Positions 55,896-58,728 of a DNA stretch of 58,728 bases are shown piece after piece; positions within the stretch are counted from its first letter, which is position 1, and each line of letters opens with the position of its first letter. Source of the stretch: Vitrella brassicaformis CCMP3155 (lineage: Eukaryota; Protista; Chromerida). The position numbers and the translations under genes are program-made. The notes below the pieces were generated by a model that was given only the letters and a program-made list of their open reading frames with translations, was not told the origin of the DNA and did no database searches. The stretch covers positions 1 through 58,728 of the forward strand of contig CDMY01000522.1 in NCBI GenBank assembly GCA_001179505.1, written 5' to 3'.

Positions 55896-58313
55896 CTACT
55901 GAAATGCGGCCCCCAGCTGCTGCCATGTGAACTGGCAGTCGGCATCGTCCAGGTGGGCGTTGAAGCCCTTGACCACCGCCCCATCCGCCAGCCCCCACTT
56001 GGCCGCCTCGTCCATCCTGGCCCGATGAACCACCTCACGCAGGCCCACACGACCGCGTGTGTGCACGGCCTCACGCGGACGGCTGTCGACACCCTCGAGC
56101 TCGAAGCACTGCAGCTGCGGGCGCCTCGCCGGCTGCCCCTCGCTGTCCCGCTTCCTGCCGCCACAGCCCACCACCTCCTCGTTGCCCACCACCTGCAGCG
56201 ACGCGGCGGCCTCCACGAATCGCGCCATGGCGGTGTTGATGCGGCGGCCGACCTCTGTCGCATTCTGCACGGGCCGGGGGCGCTGCTTGAGCACCGATGG
56301 GTCGACGAAGAATGACGCCACGCGCCACGCCACAGCCGACATGTCCCGGTTGGCCAGGGGAGTCTCGTCGTCCTGCCAGGGGGCCAACGGGGTGACGTGT
56401 AGGGGCAGGGGGGGAGGGGGCAGGGAGGGGAGGGATGGGTCGAATGAGGGGAAGGCGGCCTTGAGCTGCTGGGCGGTGCCGTTGTGGAATGCTTTGGTCA
56501 GCGCGTCAGCCATCTTGCGCTGAGGTCGCAATGCGGCGTTGACGGCCGCCATCACAGCAGTGGGCAGCTCGTTGAGCACCGTCGCATATTCCGTCAGCAC
56601 CAGCTGATGGCCACGACGGTCCCTCTCTGTGGCTGTGGGGATGCTGCTGATGTCGGCCCCCGCTCGCAGCAGCGAATGGATGATCCGCTTGTAGTTGTCA
56701 ATTTCGGTGCGCATCTCCTCCTTGTCGGCGTCGGGCGTGTCCGGGTCCTGAAGCTCTTGAGTGCAGCGATCGAGCTGTCTGGCAGCGATGGCGAGGGGCG
56801 TCTTGCCGGCGACTGTCCGTCTGTTGATCTGGTCAGCGGGCAGCTTGCGGCAGAGGTAGTCGGCCACCTTGGGGGAGCCCTGCAAAGCCGCCCGGTGCAG
56901 TGGCGTCCATCCGTTGCCGTCGGCTGCCGCGATGTCTGCCCCGTTCGCCGTGATGAGGTCGAGGTAACTATCAATGAAGGACTGGGGATAACGCCCTTCC
57001 GCCCACAAGGCTGCTCTGTGCACCAGGTTGCCGCCCTGCTCGTCTCGTTCGGTAGCGAGGGTGGGGTCTCGTGTGATGAGTTGCCGATACATCGACATGA
57101 GCAGCTGCAGATACTCAGATGAGGGCTGACGCAGCAGACGGGGCAGGCCCCACACGTGCAGGTCGATGTCTTGACGCGCCGTCAGGATGTCGAAGGCCGT
57201 CTTGTTGCCGCATGCAATCGCCGATTGGAGGGGCCTCTGTTCGGTCTCGTCGGCTGCCGCATTGGGGTTGGCGCCTCCGTCGAGGAGTGCGGTCAGGACG
57301 GCCGCCTGCAGCTCGTCAGACGGCCACTTTGGCAGGGCGACGGGACGGCAAGCGTGACTGTCTTCTGCTTCGATGGTCGGGACGGTGTAGTCTGACTTGT
57401 TGTCAATGGCGAGAGACAGGAGTGGGTAGCCGTAGACCACACCACTGCTCTCCCTCCTGGCCACCAGCCCAGTCATGACATTCGAGTCGGCGTCCTGCTG
57501 TCGGATTAGGTCGGCCACTTCTCGTGCGCTGGTGAGGCGGCCGATGATCCACCGTGACAGCTCCCTGGAAGCGTCGTTGGTGCCCTGGGAATCGAGCCTC
57601 CAGCTCATCGAGTCCGAAATGGCTGTCAGGTACAGGAACAGCTGGATCCACCAGGCCATTGAGGGGATGACCTGCAACACACACAGCCACCACACCACGG
57701 ACAGTGATTGTGCGCACAGGATCCTCTCTGTCTGCCTGGCGTACCTTCCTCCTCATATTCCCAGTCGTCGTCCGAGTCTCTGTCATCGATATCTTCTCCC
57801 TGGTCGCCATCGCCATCCTCCTCCTGCATGCCACCCTGACACACAACAAAGAGGCGGGGGGCGGGAAATGACTCAAGGGCCTCCATCGCATGGACTAGTG
57901 TTGGTGTTGATGAGCGCCTCACCGATTCGTCTCCATCTTCCGCCTGCGGACCATCACCACCGTCGGCCATCTCATCGGCCATCGCGCCCTCCTGTTGCTG
58001 CTGGCCGCCTGGACACCAACACACACCTGGCGTGAGTGTGCTGCTGGTGTGTGTGCGTCGAATGGTCCGTGTGGCACGTCTGATCACTCACCGCTGTCTG
58101 CGCCGTCGAGGTCTAGTTCCTCCGGCTGCCCACTGCCGCTATGCTCCTCCTCAGCTACATTGCCTGCACACGCCATCGAAGACACACACACGTGTGGCGC
58201 TGATGCTGTGTGTTTGATGTGTCACATTCATCTGTTTGTGGCGTACCCGCATCGCCACCGTCACTGTCCGCCATGGCAGCGGAGGCCACGTGGGTGTCGT
58301 GACCCTCAGACAT
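55896..58313 (-). CDS. Ankyrin-repeat protein (paralogue of 7446-9215) with four acidic N-terminal exons; apparent frameshift near 57585
   Basis: Ankyrin motifs GADIAAADGNGWTPLHRAA and GKTPLAIAA; shared C-terminal domain with 7446-9215. Upstream exons from ATG 58313 splice in phase into GHPLNG...EARFP, which is out of frame with the body. An in-frame alternative start exists at 57608 (MSWRLD). Confidence 0.8.
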
Positions 58314-58728
58314 CTCACTCAAACAGACACCAACAGCTGCACCGACCACACACACAGAGAGGCGACAAGAGATGAGCAGACACCTGCTGCATGTGTCGTG
58401 TGTGTGCTCGCCCACCTAGCTATGGGTCAAATGGTACAATGACGCTCAAACAAGCCGCCCCGTCGACAAGGCCGACCTACACAACACGACACCGACACAC
58501 AAAGGCCGCAACTCACCTGACGACTACTGGTGAACGAATCGCATGAGCGCGTACCGTCGGGTGGCTCTCTCCTGCTAAGCGCCGCGATGATTAATTCCCC
58601 AGAAGGCCTCCAGCGATAGAGAGGAAAGAGGCCCGTCTAAGTTTTTTTTGGGAAGAGATAATTGACAGATGGCATCCATGCACTCGCTTGTCCAAATCGC
58701 CTCCATGAATCTATCCACATATGCCTAT

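Noticed and set aside
1-58728. rRNA, tRNA, transposase/reverse-transcriptase or viral genes
   Set aside because: None recognised by eye; tRNAscan-SE/Infernal/RepeatMasker would be needed to exclude small or degenerate elements.

Overview
Intron-rich, GC-rich eukaryotic genomic DNA. Most introns are short GT-AG introns filled with (CA)n/(GT)n, (CAGA)n and (CATC)n microsatellites. A nuclear CtpA with an ER+plastid leader and two intron-poor ankyrin-type paralogues suggest a chromerid alga such as Vitrella brassicaformis (inference, not verified). Hand-spliced gene models, in order: secreted GH13 alpha-amylase plus a partial tandem duplicate; CtpA; ankyrin-repeat protein; separase; orphan 11-exon multipass membrane protein; long coiled-coil protein; FolD; small secreted glycine-zipper protein; frameshifted double-ubiquitin fusion; STRIP1/Far11; membrane sensor/pseudo-histidine-kinase/pseudo-receiver/cyclic-nucleotide phosphodiesterase fusion; hypothetical protein; ALKBH8-like tRNA methyltransferase; second, frameshifted ankyrin protein. 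Top leads: (1) a phosphodiesterase with intact catalytic motifs fused behind a degenerate two-component chassis (40530-48948); (2) a 57-bp-arm hairpin that buries a stop codon (21814-21931); (3) a ~120-bp upstream block shared by two unrelated genes; (4) an ALKBH8 whose dioxygenase domain has lost its iron ligands. All alignments were made by eye from remembered family motifs; no database searches were run.
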